Below are positions 1 to 10,148 of a DNA stretch of 64,000 nt, piece by piece. Source of the DNA: a virus. The number at the start of each line of letters is the position of its first letter. The stretch's first letter is position 1. The notes under the pieces were generated by a model that was given only the letters and a program-made list of their open reading frames with translations, did no database searches and had not been told where the DNA came from. Made by a program: the position numbers and the translations under genes. The stretch spans positions 32,001-96,000 of IMG/VR virus record IMGVR_UViG_3300046820_002137; one strand, given 5' to 3'.

Positions 1-1
1 T

Positions 2-115
2 TCAGCGCCTTATGATTTTGTAGTTCCAACTATTTTAGAAAATTTAGGAGTTTATAATATAAAAGTTATTGATGATAACGGTTGTGAGGCAACAACAAAT
101 TTAATTACTCCTTAA
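2..115 (+). CDS. 3' end of a truncated ORF (…SAPYDFVVPTILENLGVYNIKVIDDNGCEATTNLITP*), small virion-associated module
   Basis: Open frame from base 2 to TAA at 113-115, 1 nt before the next ATG. Its P…K-x-I-D-x-x-GCE pattern resembles the N-terminus of the 2075-aa protein (LPSQF…VKIVSILTGCE). Confidence 0.65.
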   Translation, partial: SAPYDFVVPTILENLGVYNIKVIDDNGCEATTNLITP

Positions 116-116
116 A

Positions 117-2033
117 ATGGCGGCATGTGTAAATTCAAATTATTGTATAACAGGAACAGGTAACCCTTTGTGGGATGACTCTTACTCAATACAGGGAGGT
201 CTTCACAATGGATATTCATATTTTCAAGGTATTACTAATGGGTATTATGTTTTTTTCTCGGTAGAAGGTTATTGGTGTTTGTCGGATACTTTAGATGGAA
301 CTTGTTTTTTATCAGGTCACTATCCTTGTACAACAGATTGTCCTGATTTATGTGATGGTTTTTTTATAGTCAATATATGTTTAACACCAACTCCAACTCC
401 AACCGTAAACTGTAGTGTATTTGACTTTGATGCAATTTTTGATTGTCAAGTTGCTGAAACTCCAACACCAACACCTACAATAACCAATACTCAAACACCA
501 ACACCTACAATAACAACAACAAATTTTTGTCCTTTTATAGGTGTAAATGCCACTATACAAAATATACCCCCAACACCTAGTGTTACAACAACCGTAACTC
601 CAAGTATAACCCCTTCACAATTCCCTAGAGATTGTGACTTTACAGGTGAGGTTACATTCTTCACCATTAACACACAGATATCGTGTCCAATTAGTAAACA
701 ATTCCAAAATTGTTCAACAGGTGAAATGTATTACACAGCTGATGTTTTACAAACACCATATGGAACTACATTACAACCATTCGAGGTGTTTACATCTAAT
801 GTAGATGGTGTTTACCAATGTATTACATTCATCGGATTTAACCAAAATGTAATAGGTATTAACGTGATACAACTACTTAACGGTCCTTTAGGTTATTCTA
901 ATTTAAACGACTGTCTATCATTGTGCGCTGGAGTTCCTCCAACACCTCAAGTAACACCAACTCCTTCATCGACACCTCCACCATTTGGTTTAAGGACTTG
1001 TTCAGTTATTTACTTAAGTGATGAAAATGGTGGAACTGAAAGTAACATTTATTTATATGATGTAGTTACAAATGACAGTACTAAACTTTCATTCACCGAT
1101 GTTATTCCAGGTTATAGAGACATCGCTCATACAGATACGAAAGTTTGGATTCAAAATGAAAACGAGTTAAGAGAATGGGATATAGTTTCGTTACCATTCT
1201 CATCAACTTATATTGGTAAGATGTCGCTACCAGCTAATTTAACACTCAGTGATGGATTAGTCGCTAAAGATAATAATACATTAATTGGTGTAACCTCGTC
1301 ACCTCAAACTGTTGTAGAAATATCGGTATCAACCGGGGTTGTAAATTCATTTACTAATCTATTCTTAGTTCCATCAGGTAGAGAAATTTCAGGAGACATT
1401 AGTTTAACAACACAAGGAAATTTAATTATAACATATGTCAACACTTCAACAAGTCAGTCATGGATTACTGAACACGAATATCAAACAGGTACTTTAGGAT
1501 TTGTTGCTTACGAATTTGAATTGTCTCCAACAATTACACAACCTGAGGGTATATTCCAAGTAGGAGGTGTGACATACATTGTTGATAAACAAACAGGTTT
1601 AGTATATAGTTTAACAAACATATTAACATCACCAAGTTTAAACCTTGTCGAGACAATCGGAATTGACGTTGACGGTATTTCTCAACAATCTTCTTGTTTA
1701 AATAATCTGACTACAGTTTCATTATATGTATTTAGAAAATGTCCTAATACTAACTATTATATTGTTCAAACAGAACAATCTATAACTACAACACCTAATA
1801 GAGTTATTTATGACGTTGCTAATAATGAATGTTGGGAGTTCTTATACACCACAATAACGACCCCAACATTCCTACCAACAGATAATGTATTGTATTGGAC
1901 GGGTAATTATTTCCAATCTGTTTTATCTTCAGTATATACAACTTGTACATCTTGTATTAACACTAATATAAACCCACCTCCTCCGCCTCCCCCAGTAGGT
2001 GGCAGAAATACAATTTTCTTACATATAGAATAA
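117..2033 (+). CDS. Thr/Pro- and Cys-rich putative virion surface/adhesin protein with one beta-propeller-like module
   Basis: 638 aa with TPTPT linkers and Cys-rich modules. A propeller-like module (CSVI…DIAH…REWDI…GDISLTT…GIFQ…SQQSSC, ~998-1697) is shared with other ORFs here. No signal peptide is visible. Confidence 0.7.
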   Translation: MAACVNSNYCITGTGNPLWDDSYSIQGGLHNGYSYFQGITNGYYVFFSVEGYWCLSDTLDGTCFLSGHYPCTTDCPDLCDGFFIVNICLTPTPTPTVNCSVFDFDAIFDCQVAETPTPTPTITNTQTPTPTITTTNFCPFIGVNATIQNIPPTPSVTTTVTPSITPSQFPRDCDFTGEVTFFTINTQISCPISKQFQNCSTGEMYYTADVLQTPYGTTLQPFEVFTSNVDGVYQCITFIGFNQNVIGINVIQLLNGPLGYSNLNDCLSLCAGVPPTPQVTPTPSSTPPPFGLRTCSVIYLSDENGGTESNIYLYDVVTNDSTKLSFTDVIPGYRDIAHTDTKVWIQNENELREWDIVSLPFSSTYIGKMSLPANLTLSDGLVAKDNNTLIGVTSSPQTVVEISVSTGVVNSFTNLFLVPSGREISGDISLTTQGNLIITYVNTSTSQSWITEHEYQTGTLGFVAYEFELSPTITQPEGIFQVGGVTYIVDKQTGLVYSLTNILTSPSLNLVETIGIDVDGISQQSSCLNNLTTVSLYVFRKCPNTNYYIVQTEQSITTTPNRVIYDVANNECWEFLYTTITTPTFLPTDNVLYWTGNYFQSVLSSVYTTCTSCINTNINPPPPPPPVGGRNTIFLHIE

Positions 2034-2045
2034 AAATAATAACTT

Positions 2046-3266
2046 ATGGACCAAGAAAAGATTAAAAAAAAAGTAAAAGAGATTTTTGAATCTAATGAAA
2101 AAATAACCGGAGTTTCTTTTGGATATAAAAAGAAAGATGGAAAAAGAACAGGCGAAATAGGGTTCTTAATTACCGTTAAAGAAAAAAAGAATGTTGAGGA
2201 ACTAAGTCCTCAGGAAATTATACCTCAGTCTTACTGGGTAGATGGTATTGAGTACCCTACTGATGTTATAGAAATTGAGTCTAACGAATTTTTAGCTTGT
2301 CCTTCTCAATGTTTAGTACAAAGCACTTATCCAAATATGTTCAAACAAAGACCTATTATGGGGGGATTGAGTATAGGTAATTCTTACGGCCCTTGTTGTG
2401 GGTCAGGTACTATGGGGTTTATCGCTGTTGATAATGTTAGTAACTGTTTGGTTGGTGTTACAAATAGTCACGTTGTTATGGGTATTGATTTTAGAAAATA
2501 CTATACCTCACAATGGAGTGTAAACTCTCAATTAATTAATGGTTTCTCCGATGGAGCTGCGTATCAACCTGGATTATATCCTACAGATGGTGCAAATCCT
2601 TCAACAGACGGAGTTGGTAGGTTAATAAGATACGTACCTCAAACACCACCTACTTCTTACAATAAAGTGGATGGTGCGGTAATGTCTTTAAGTGGTAGTG
2701 TAATAGATTATAATGAGTCATTTAAACAATTTGGTTTAAGTTATAACTCACCAATGGAATTTGCAACAACATCAGAGATAAATAATTTACTTTCAACTCA
2801 TGGTAGTGGAGGTGTATATTCTAGTGGTAGAACTACAGGTCCAAAAGGACCAGGTCCTTGTGAATTAAAAATAACCTCAATTAATGGTGTTGTTACTTTT
2901 TCTGACTCTTGGTTTGAAGATAGTATATTTTATGAAAGAGTTAATTCAGATTGTTTTAATCCTGTTAGGGGTGGCGATTCCGGTTCGGCATTGATTGCCG
3001 ATTTTGGTGGAACTTGGAAAATAATTGGATTAGTTTATATGGGAGCATTTAACAATTCTGGAGTCGCTCTATACGGTGGGGCTTGTCGAATTGACGATGT
3101 TGCCGAATTGTTGGATATTAGCGCTTGGGACGGAGGTCCTAATCCTGTTGTCAGTGTAGTTGAGTATATAACAGTTCCAGGAGGTAGTAATAATAATATG
3201 ATAACATGTAATGGAAAAGAATATTGGCAAATTGGTATGACCGCATTTAACAGTCAATGTACTTAA
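2046..3266 (+). CDS. Trypsin/chymotrypsin-like (S1, Nal1-like) serine protease
   Basis: Catalytic triad motifs TNSHV (His ~2469), KVDGAV (Asp ~2670) and GGDSGS (Ser ~2979), plus GRTTG. The N-terminal domain GVSFGYKKKDG…ITVKEKK…IP…TDVIE is typical of Nal1-like proteases. Confidence 0.88.
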   Translation: MDQEKIKKKVKEIFESNEKITGVSFGYKKKDGKRTGEIGFLITVKEKKNVEELSPQEIIPQSYWVDGIEYPTDVIEIESNEFLACPSQCLVQSTYPNMFKQRPIMGGLSIGNSYGPCCGSGTMGFIAVDNVSNCLVGVTNSHVVMGIDFRKYYTSQWSVNSQLINGFSDGAAYQPGLYPTDGANPSTDGVGRLIRYVPQTPPTSYNKVDGAVMSLSGSVIDYNESFKQFGLSYNSPMEFATTSEINNLLSTHGSGGVYSSGRTTGPKGPGPCELKITSINGVVTFSDSWFEDSIFYERVNSDCFNPVRGGDSGSALIADFGGTWKIIGLVYMGAFNNSGVALYGGACRIDDVAELLDISAWDGGPNPVVSVVEYITVPGGSNNNMITCNGKEYWQIGMTAFNSQCT

Positions 3267-3275
3267 TATAAATGA

Positions 3276-6200
3276 ATGACTAGTGTTTCAATAAACCAAA
3301 TAACGGGGTGTACTCCCCCATATGATATATACGTTTGTGACGTATATGGTAACCAATGCGTTTGGGTTTTATACGTCGACACTTTTGTACCTCCACCAAT
3401 TACTATAATATTACCGTCTCAATTTGATGACGCCCCCGCGGCGGGAGTTAAAATTGTCTCAATACTTACAGGTTGTGAGGACTTTGAAATCTGTACCTGT
3501 ATTCCTGAACCTACCCCAACTCCAGTACCTACTTTAACTCAAACGATTACGTCAACTATTACTCCTACGGTTACTCAAACTTCAACAATAACCTCAACAC
3601 AAACTAAAACTCAAACTCAAACTCCAACCCAAACTTCAACAATAACACCGACTAATACTCAAACTCAAACAATAACCCCCACTAAAACTCAAACTCAAAC
3701 TCAAACAATAACTCCGACTGTTACAAAAACAGTTACACAAACTAAAACTCAAACTCAAACAATAACACAGACACCAACAATAACAAAAACACAGACTCAA
3801 ACAGTAACACAAACACCAACAGTTACAAAAACAGTTACACAAACTAAAACACAGACTCAAACAGTAACACAAACTCAGACAATAACTCAAACTCAAACAA
3901 TAACTCAAACAATAACTCCAACTATTACATTAACCCAAACTATCACAGTAACCCCAACAATAACAAAAACTCAAACACCAACTGTGACCCAAACTATAAC
4001 TCAAACTATAACAATAACTCCTACAATAACCAAAACTAAAACACCAACCAAAACTCAAACACAAACTATTACAATAACCAAAACAAAAACATCAACAATA
4101 ACACCAACTCCTGATGTTTCTCCAACAGTAACTCCAACTATAACTCCAACTATAACTAAAACTTCAACTATAACTCCAACTATAACTAAAACTTCAACTA
4201 TAACTGTAACTCCAACCATAACCCCAACTATAACTCCAACTGTAACTCCAACCATAACTAAAACACAAACACAAACTGTCACTATCACACCAACAACAAC
4301 TCCAACAATAACTAAAACTATAACACAAACTGTTACAAAAACTCAAACATCTACAGTGACACAAACTGTAACATCTACCATAACACCTACCATAACACCT
4401 ACCATAACTAAAACTCAAACACAAACAATAACACCTACAAAAACAATAACACCTACAAAAACAAAAACACAAACTGTGACATCAACTCCTGATGTTTGTT
4501 ATTGTTATACTGTTTTAAAGAAAAATCCATCAGCAGGTTGTAGTTTATATTGGACTGATTGTAGTGGGGTGTTGCAGTTAAGTGGTACCACTTCATTACC
4601 TGATGTTGAATTTTATCTGTGTGTTAGAAACAAGGATATAGGATTAAATGGTCTTTGTCCGATTGACTCGGTTGAATTGACCGAAGGAAATGTTTGTTTT
4701 TCTTATAACGACTGTCAACCAATAACCCCAACACCAACTAAAACTTCAACATTGACCCCTACTGTAACTCCAAGTCAAACTTCTCCTCCCGGAATTTCAG
4801 AATGCTCGGTAATATTAAACAGTACAAATCCAGTAAGTGCTTACACATATGACGTTGGTTCGTCAACTTTAATACCAATTAATATACCATCAATACTTTC
4901 ATCTCAAGATATTTCTCACATATGGCTAGGCTCCTCTGGGTATCTTTGGATGTATAGTAATGGAGGTCAAATAATTAGACAGTGGGCAATTTCAAGTTTA
5001 GACCCGTTTGTTATAAGTCCAACATTTACTGATATTAGTTATCCACCAGGCTTCCCTGGATTAGGTAATGGTTTAGGATGTATCGATTCAACAACTTTAA
5101 TTTCTTCAACCGCATCTAATCCGTCAAGTATTATTGAAATCGATATTTCAACTACTCCATTTACCTATACAACTTTAGTAACATTACCGTCGGGGTATGT
5201 AATTTCCGGTGATATATTGTTATCTACAACAGGTCAATTAATTTTCACAGTTAGAAGGCCTATTCCATTACCCGCACAATCATTCATATATCAATATGAT
5301 TACCCATCAATGAGTAATGAATTGATAATCGATATTACTTCAACAATCTCATCTCCTTTAGGTATTTTCCAAGATAGTGGTAATTTTTATATCGCCTCTT
5401 CAAATGGAACAATATATGAGGTAAGTACATCTTCTCCATATACCACAACTCAAGTTGATTCCGTTTCGTCTACTTTGAATGGTGCATCTCAATCTCCACA
5501 ATGTATAACAACTAGTTTCCAACCAATACCCCCTTCATTTTTCGTGGTAAGTGTTGCTTCAGGTTTAGACACCACAGAATCTTGTGAGAATTGGGTTAAC
5601 CCAATTAATAGATTTAATGTTTATTCGTCACCTTATGGTTCAGGCTCAATAACCGCTAATACTTCTTATTTTTATTCGGATTCATCTTTAACCACACCAT
5701 TACCATTTGGAAGTAGAGTTTCTGATGGCATTAAATCATATGAGATTGGGTCACTAGGATTAGTTATTAGTGATTCGACATGTGTAACCCCAACTCCAAC
5801 AATGACAAATACCATTACTCCAACTCAAACTATGACCATTACGTCAACAAATACCATTACTCCAACTCAGACCACAACTCCAACAGTGACAAATACTATT
5901 ACTTCAACTCAGACCACAACTCCAACAGTGACAAATACTATTACTCCAACTCAAACTATCACTAAAACAGTAACAAATACGATTACCCCAACCCCGACTA
6001 TGACTCTAACAGTAACAAATACTGTAACTAATACAACAACAATTACTCCAACATTTTATCCACCAGAAAAAGCTTTCTTTAGTGGGTGTTGTAAAGAATA
6101 CGGAAATATTTTAATTTATGATATACCATTTTCTGTTTTTTCAGGTTTGGTTGATAATACTGTTTACTATATTAATAACACATTCTTCAACGGATGTGCA

Positions 6201-9200
6201 ACATATAAAACAAATTTATCAAGTTCAATATTTGAATACCAATATTCTATAACAGATTCATTTTCATCTCAAACAGATTGTAATTCTTGTTCGGTAAATT
6301 CATCTGTATTTTGTCCTTCGCCAACACCAACGCCAACTAAAACATCTACAGTTACACCAACACCAACTAAAACATCTACGGTAACACCAACCCTAACTAA
6401 GACATCTACAGTAACTCCAACCCCTGCGTACTGTTTAGAAACTTGTGATATTATTTATACAAATTCAGTAAATGTAACTTATCTATATAGACCAGCAACA
6501 GATACTAGTTTCCTTCTTTTACCAAATCCTGGATTTTTAGTGAGTGGTTTAGCTCACTCCGCTAACAAATTATGGATGAATACTTCAAATTCAGCATTAA
6601 TACGAGAATGGGATATTACATTATGTCGTTTTTCATACACACCAAGTGCCACAATTAACACTCCTTGGAATGTAGGTGGGGGATTATTTGCCATAAATGA
6701 CTCGACATTAATTGTTTCTAGAACATACACCAATCAAACTGGTGATGTTATATACGAATTAGACGTTTCGGTCGCACCTCCATTATCCACTTTAAAATTC
6801 TCATTAGGATTTGAAAGAAAATTACAGGATATGGTATTAACAACAACTAACAAATTAATAACTATAACATTCAATATTAACACCTTAGTTTGTTTTTTGA
6901 ATCAATTTAATTATTCCACAAATGTAAATGAATTACAAATAACTTTACCTTGGGTTGCCGCTGGTTTATTCCAATATAATAACGAACTATACCTTGTAAC
7001 TCAAAGTGGAGGAAATTATTATAAGATAGATTTAACTTTTCCATTTAACTTAACTTTTGTTCAAAACTTAGCATTTTCAACAAATGACTTATCTCAAATA
7101 TACGGTTGCATAACATTACAATTTGAAATACCTACCCCTACTCCAACATTGACCCAAACTCCAACCATAACCCCAACCATAACTACAACAATAACAACAA
7201 CTCTGACTCCTACTCCAACATTGACCCAAACTCAATTACCAGTTATTTCGGAATGTTCGGTTTTATTAAACAGTTCTTCACCCGCTAGCGCATACACCTA
7301 TAATTTAGGTTCCTCTGTTGTAGTACCATTAAATCTACCAGATATAATTTCTTCACAAGATATATCTCATTTTTGGTCAGGTTCAACAGGATATATTTGG
7401 TTATATAATAATGTTTTAGATGTTATTAGACAATGGGAAATAACAAGTTTAAATCCATTTTTAGTTAATCCTTCTTATACAGATATTTCATATGATGCAG
7501 GTATAAGCGCATTAGGTAATGGATTAGGATGTATAAACTCAACCACACTAATATCTTCAATTGCCTCTAACCCATCACAAATTATAACTATCGATATTTC
7601 AACTAGTCCATTTACTTACACAACAATATATGAATTACCAAGTAATTATGTAATTGCCGGTGATTTACTATTAACAACTAATAATAAATTAATTTTTACC
7701 GCAAGATTAGTTAGTGTACCATCTCAGTCATTTGTTTATCAATATGATTTTCCATCTATGACTAATGAAGTTGAGGTGAATATTACTTCAACAATTACTT
7801 CTCCTTTAGGATTATTCCAAGATAGCGGTAATTTGTATGTAGTATCCTCTTCAGGTCAAATGTATCAAATAAATAATAATTATCCTTATAATTTAACTCT
7901 TATTGATTCGGTATCAACTAACTTAAATGGGGCATCACAATCACCTCAATGTATAACCACTGGATTAACTTACTATGAACCATTACAATTGACTTTTGAG
8001 AATTGTTGTGATGGGACAATATTATACGTTTATAACATACCTTTCTCCACCGCATCTACTATTAGTATTGGACAAACCTATTATATAGAAACAGATAATT
8101 ATTCAGGTTGTTATTTTAATGTTGTAGAACAAACTCCAAATTATATAAGTCAGTTTGTAGATATATCAACATTATTCTTAAATTGTATTGATTGTACAAA
8201 TTTATATAATTGTCCTGGAGTTACTCCAACCCCAACTACAACTGTTACATCAACAAATACCCCAACTATGTCAATCACACCAACAATAACTTTAAGCCCA
8301 ACTATAACTAAAACTGTAACCGTAACAAATACACCTAATGTTTGTTATTGTTATACTTTATTAAAGGAAAACCCTTCAATAAGTTGTGATTTATATTGGA
8401 CAGATTGTGATGGAGTATTAAAGGTGAGTGGTACAACTTCTCTACCTGATGGTAATTTTTATTTATGTGTTCAAAATAAAGTAATAGGTACTTCAGGTTC
8501 ATGTTTTGCAAATGCTGTTGAATTTACTGAAGGTGGAATTTGTTTCTCAGATATCGATTGTTTACCTCCGACCCCAAGTCCAACTACAACCCCCACCATT
8601 ACACCAACAGTAACAAGAACTCCAACGATGAGTATTACACCTACAATAACTTTAAGTCCAACTATAACACAAACCAACACTCAGACCATAACAATTACCC
8701 CGAGTCCATCTTCTTACCCTATTTTAGCCTTTGTTAGTGTATGGTCAGGTTCATCAGTTACGTTACCTTACAATGGAATTGGTACTTATACAGGAACAAT
8801 TTATTGGGGGGATGGTTCTGTATCTGCAAATACGTTTGCAAATAGGACTCATACGTACTCAGGTAGTGGTACATGGACAATTGTGATTGATGGTACTATA
8901 ACTGGATGGTCATCAGGAAATGCTCCAACTCAAAGTAATAAATTATTAGAAATAAAACAGTGGGGTAAAGTTAAAAATGTTTTTGGTCAGTCAGCCTCAT
9001 TTAGTGGATGTAGTAACTTGGTATTAACAGGCGTTACAGACACTTATGACTTTAATGGTGTAACTAATACTGTAAATATGTTCCCAGGTTGTACTTCAAT
9101 AACGACAATAAACAATATATCAAGTTGGAATGTTTCCGGTGTAACTAATCTTGGTAACATGTTTAATGGATGTATTAATTTTAATGATGATATTACTACT

Positions 9201-9503
9201 TGGGATGTTTCTAATGTAATTTCAGTATCTAACATGTTATATAGTGCAACTTCATTTAATCAAAATTTAGGTAGTTGGGATATTTCTAATGTATCTGGTT
9301 TTAGTGACTTTATGGCCTACTGTGGAATATCAACTGCGAATTATGATAATACTTTGGTAGGATGGGCTAATTTAACATTACAAACTGGAAGGTATTTTGG
9401 AGCGTATGGTTTAACATATACATCCGCAGGTGCGGGCGGAACGGCTAGAAGTTCCATAATCTCAAATTATTCTTGGAGCTTTGTGGGAGACTCTGGTGTA
9501 TAA
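3276..9503 (+). CDS. Giant mucin-like modular surface/fibre protein: (T-x)n tracts, three propeller-like modules, Cys-rich modules, C-terminal BspA/DUF285 repeats
   Basis: 2075 aa with Thr-alternating tracts and internal duplications. The C-terminus has WGDG…HTY, then WNVSGVTN/WDVSNV…SFNQNLGSWDISNV and NYDNTLVGWA, as in Bacteroidota BspA-family surface proteins. Confidence 0.8.
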   Translation: MTSVSINQITGCTPPYDIYVCDVYGNQCVWVLYVDTFVPPPITIILPSQFDDAPAAGVKIVSILTGCEDFEICTCIPEPTPTPVPTLTQTITSTITPTVTQTSTITSTQTKTQTQTPTQTSTITPTNTQTQTITPTKTQTQTQTITPTVTKTVTQTKTQTQTITQTPTITKTQTQTVTQTPTVTKTVTQTKTQTQTVTQTQTITQTQTITQTITPTITLTQTITVTPTITKTQTPTVTQTITQTITITPTITKTKTPTKTQTQTITITKTKTSTITPTPDVSPTVTPTITPTITKTSTITPTITKTSTITVTPTITPTITPTVTPTITKTQTQTVTITPTTTPTITKTITQTVTKTQTSTVTQTVTSTITPTITPTITKTQTQTITPTKTITPTKTKTQTVTSTPDVCYCYTVLKKNPSAGCSLYWTDCSGVLQLSGTTSLPDVEFYLCVRNKDIGLNGLCPIDSVELTEGNVCFSYNDCQPITPTPTKTSTLTPTVTPSQTSPPGISECSVILNSTNPVSAYTYDVGSSTLIPINIPSILSSQDISHIWLGSSGYLWMYSNGGQIIRQWAISSLDPFVISPTFTDISYPPGFPGLGNGLGCIDSTTLISSTASNPSSIIEIDISTTPFTYTTLVTLPSGYVISGDILLSTTGQLIFTVRRPIPLPAQSFIYQYDYPSMSNELIIDITSTISSPLGIFQDSGNFYIASSNGTIYEVSTSSPYTTTQVDSVSSTLNGASQSPQCITTSFQPIPPSFFVVSVASGLDTTESCENWVNPINRFNVYSSPYGSGSITANTSYFYSDSSLTTPLPFGSRVSDGIKSYEIGSLGLVISDSTCVTPTPTMTNTITPTQTMTITSTNTITPTQTTTPTVTNTITSTQTTTPTVTNTITPTQTITKTVTNTITPTPTMTLTVTNTVTNTTTITPTFYPPEKAFFSGCCKEYGNILIYDIPFSVFSGLVDNTVYYINNTFFNGCATYKTNLSSSIFEYQYSITDSFSSQTDCNSCSVNSSVFCPSPTPTPTKTSTVTPTPTKTSTVTPTLTKTSTVTPTPAYCLETCDIIYTNSVNVTYLYRPATDTSFLLLPNPGFLVSGLAHSANKLWMNTSNSALIREWDITLCRFSYTPSATINTPWNVGGGLFAINDSTLIVSRTYTNQTGDVIYELDVSVAPPLSTLKFSLGFERKLQDMVLTTTNKLITITFNINTLVCFLNQFNYSTNVNELQITLPWVAAGLFQYNNELYLVTQSGGNYYKIDLTFPFNLTFVQNLAFSTNDLSQIYGCITLQFEIPTPTPTLTQTPTITPTITTTITTTLTPTPTLTQTQLPVISECSVLLNSSSPASAYTYNLGSSVVVPLNLPDIISSQDISHFWSGSTGYIWLYNNVLDVIRQWEITSLNPFLVNPSYTDISYDAGISALGNGLGCINSTTLISSIASNPSQIITIDISTSPFTYTTIYELPSNYVIAGDLLLTTNNKLIFTARLVSVPSQSFVYQYDFPSMTNEVEVNITSTITSPLGLFQDSGNLYVVSSSGQMYQINNNYPYNLTLIDSVSTNLNGASQSPQCITTGLTYYEPLQLTFENCCDGTILYVYNIPFSTASTISIGQTYYIETDNYSGCYFNVVEQTPNYISQFVDISTLFLNCIDCTNLYNCPGVTPTPTTTVTSTNTPTMSITPTITLSPTITKTVTVTNTPNVCYCYTLLKENPSISCDLYWTDCDGVLKVSGTTSLPDGNFYLCVQNKVIGTSGSCFANAVEFTEGGICFSDIDCLPPTPSPTTTPTITPTVTRTPTMSITPTITLSPTITQTNTQTITITPSPSSYPILAFVSVWSGSSVTLPYNGIGTYTGTIYWGDGSVSANTFANRTHTYSGSGTWTIVIDGTITGWSSGNAPTQSNKLLEIKQWGKVKNVFGQSASFSGCSNLVLTGVTDTYDFNGVTNTVNMFPGCTSITTINNISSWNVSGVTNLGNMFNGCINFNDDITTWDVSNVISVSNMLYSATSFNQNLGSWDISNVSGFSDFMAYCGISTANYDNTLVGWANLTLQTGRYFGAYGLTYTSAGAGGTARSSIISNYSWSFVGDSGV
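3510..4490 (+). repeat. Low-complexity coding repeat encoding about 325 aa of (Thr-X)n, including a 30-bp tandem duplication at ~4138-4207
   Basis: ACN-rich hexamer periodicity; the unit ctataactccaactataactaaaacttcaa is repeated in tandem. Confidence 0.9.
5845..5960 (+). repeat. 42-bp tandem coding repeat (NTIT-x-TQTTTPTVT), about 2.5 copies
   Basis: caaatacYattactYcaactcagaccacaactccaacagtga occurs twice, followed by a partial copy. Confidence 0.8.
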
Positions 9504-9504
9504 T

Positions 9505-9532
9505 AAAAAATCCCGTAAATATTTACGGGATT
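9505..9532 (-). terminator. Intrinsic terminator at the convergence of the + and - gene blocks, possibly bidirectional
   Basis: Perfect inverted repeat aatcccgtaaat/atttacgggatt (9509-9532); an A-run on its left gives a U-tract on the - strand. Confidence 0.75.
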
Positions 9533-9553
9533 AATCTATTTAAAAAATTTTAA

Positions 9554-10144
9554 TTATTTTTTATTAAGATAACTCAATACAACAGTATATGAGTCGGACA
9601 TATCAAAATTTTCTTTTTTGAGTGTGTTGTTTTTTGTATACATCCACTGAATTTGTGGTTCTCTTTTAGCCACTAAATCCCAAATTATTTGTTTTTTATC
9701 ACAATCTTTAGGATGTCCTCCAAATAAAACAAACTTACCTTTATCATTCTTTTGTACTAACTCAGGAAATGCGGTTTTTCTTGACTCATATGTTGAAATA
9801 TATTCAGGTACAATTCCAAGAACATCATAAACTTCTTTACTTATTAAAGTATTATATCTTAATAAAGTACCAATTGTGTACGCGTTATTTGAATTTAATA
9901 GTGGTTCTTCGATAACACACTTAACAATACCTAAACCCTTATACTCTTCTAATTTTTTTCTAAAAGAAGTTGATTTAAGAAGTAATTCTTCCATCTTGTT
10001 TTCTGAAGTTGGTTTAGGTCTAGGAGATATATGAGTTAACTCTAAAAGTTGTTTAGTGTTCATGTCAAATAGAGCCCAACCAATGGTTTTGGTGGATATA
10101 TCAAGTCCTAAAATTTTAGGACTTTCTTTTAAAGATTTCTTCAT
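9554..10144 (-). CDS. RuvC-like Holliday junction resolvase (RNase H fold)
   Basis: ILGLDISTKTIGWA, CVIEEP and DMSDS acidic catalytic motifs. ATG at 10144 is preferred to the TTG at 10159, which overlaps the upstream gene. Confidence 0.8.
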   Translation of the reverse strand: MKKSLKESPKILGLDISTKTIGWALFDMNTKQLLELTHISPRPKPTSENKMEELLLKSTSFRKKLEEYKGLGIVKCVIEEPLLNSNNAYTIGTLLRYNTLISKEVYDVLGIVPEYISTYESRKTAFPELVQKNDKGKFVLFGGHPKDCDKKQIIWDLVAKREPQIQWMYTKNNTLKKENFDMSDSYTVVLSYLNKK

Positions 10145-10148
10145 AAAA

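Noticed and set aside
3636-4472. Minus-strand ORFs encoding CYCLSL and VIVGV repeats
   Set aside because: They are antisense shadows of the (Thr-X)n repeat in the 2075-aa gene.
3510-4490. Possible CRISPR array or non-coding repeat
   Set aside because: There is no constant repeat with unique spacers; the repeats are in-frame coding low complexity.
4795-7970. Possible DGR template/variable repeat pair (duplicated propeller and Cys modules)
   Set aside because: In the stretch compared, differences involve all bases rather than adenines only. Both copies are coding within one ORF, and no reverse transcriptase is in the window.
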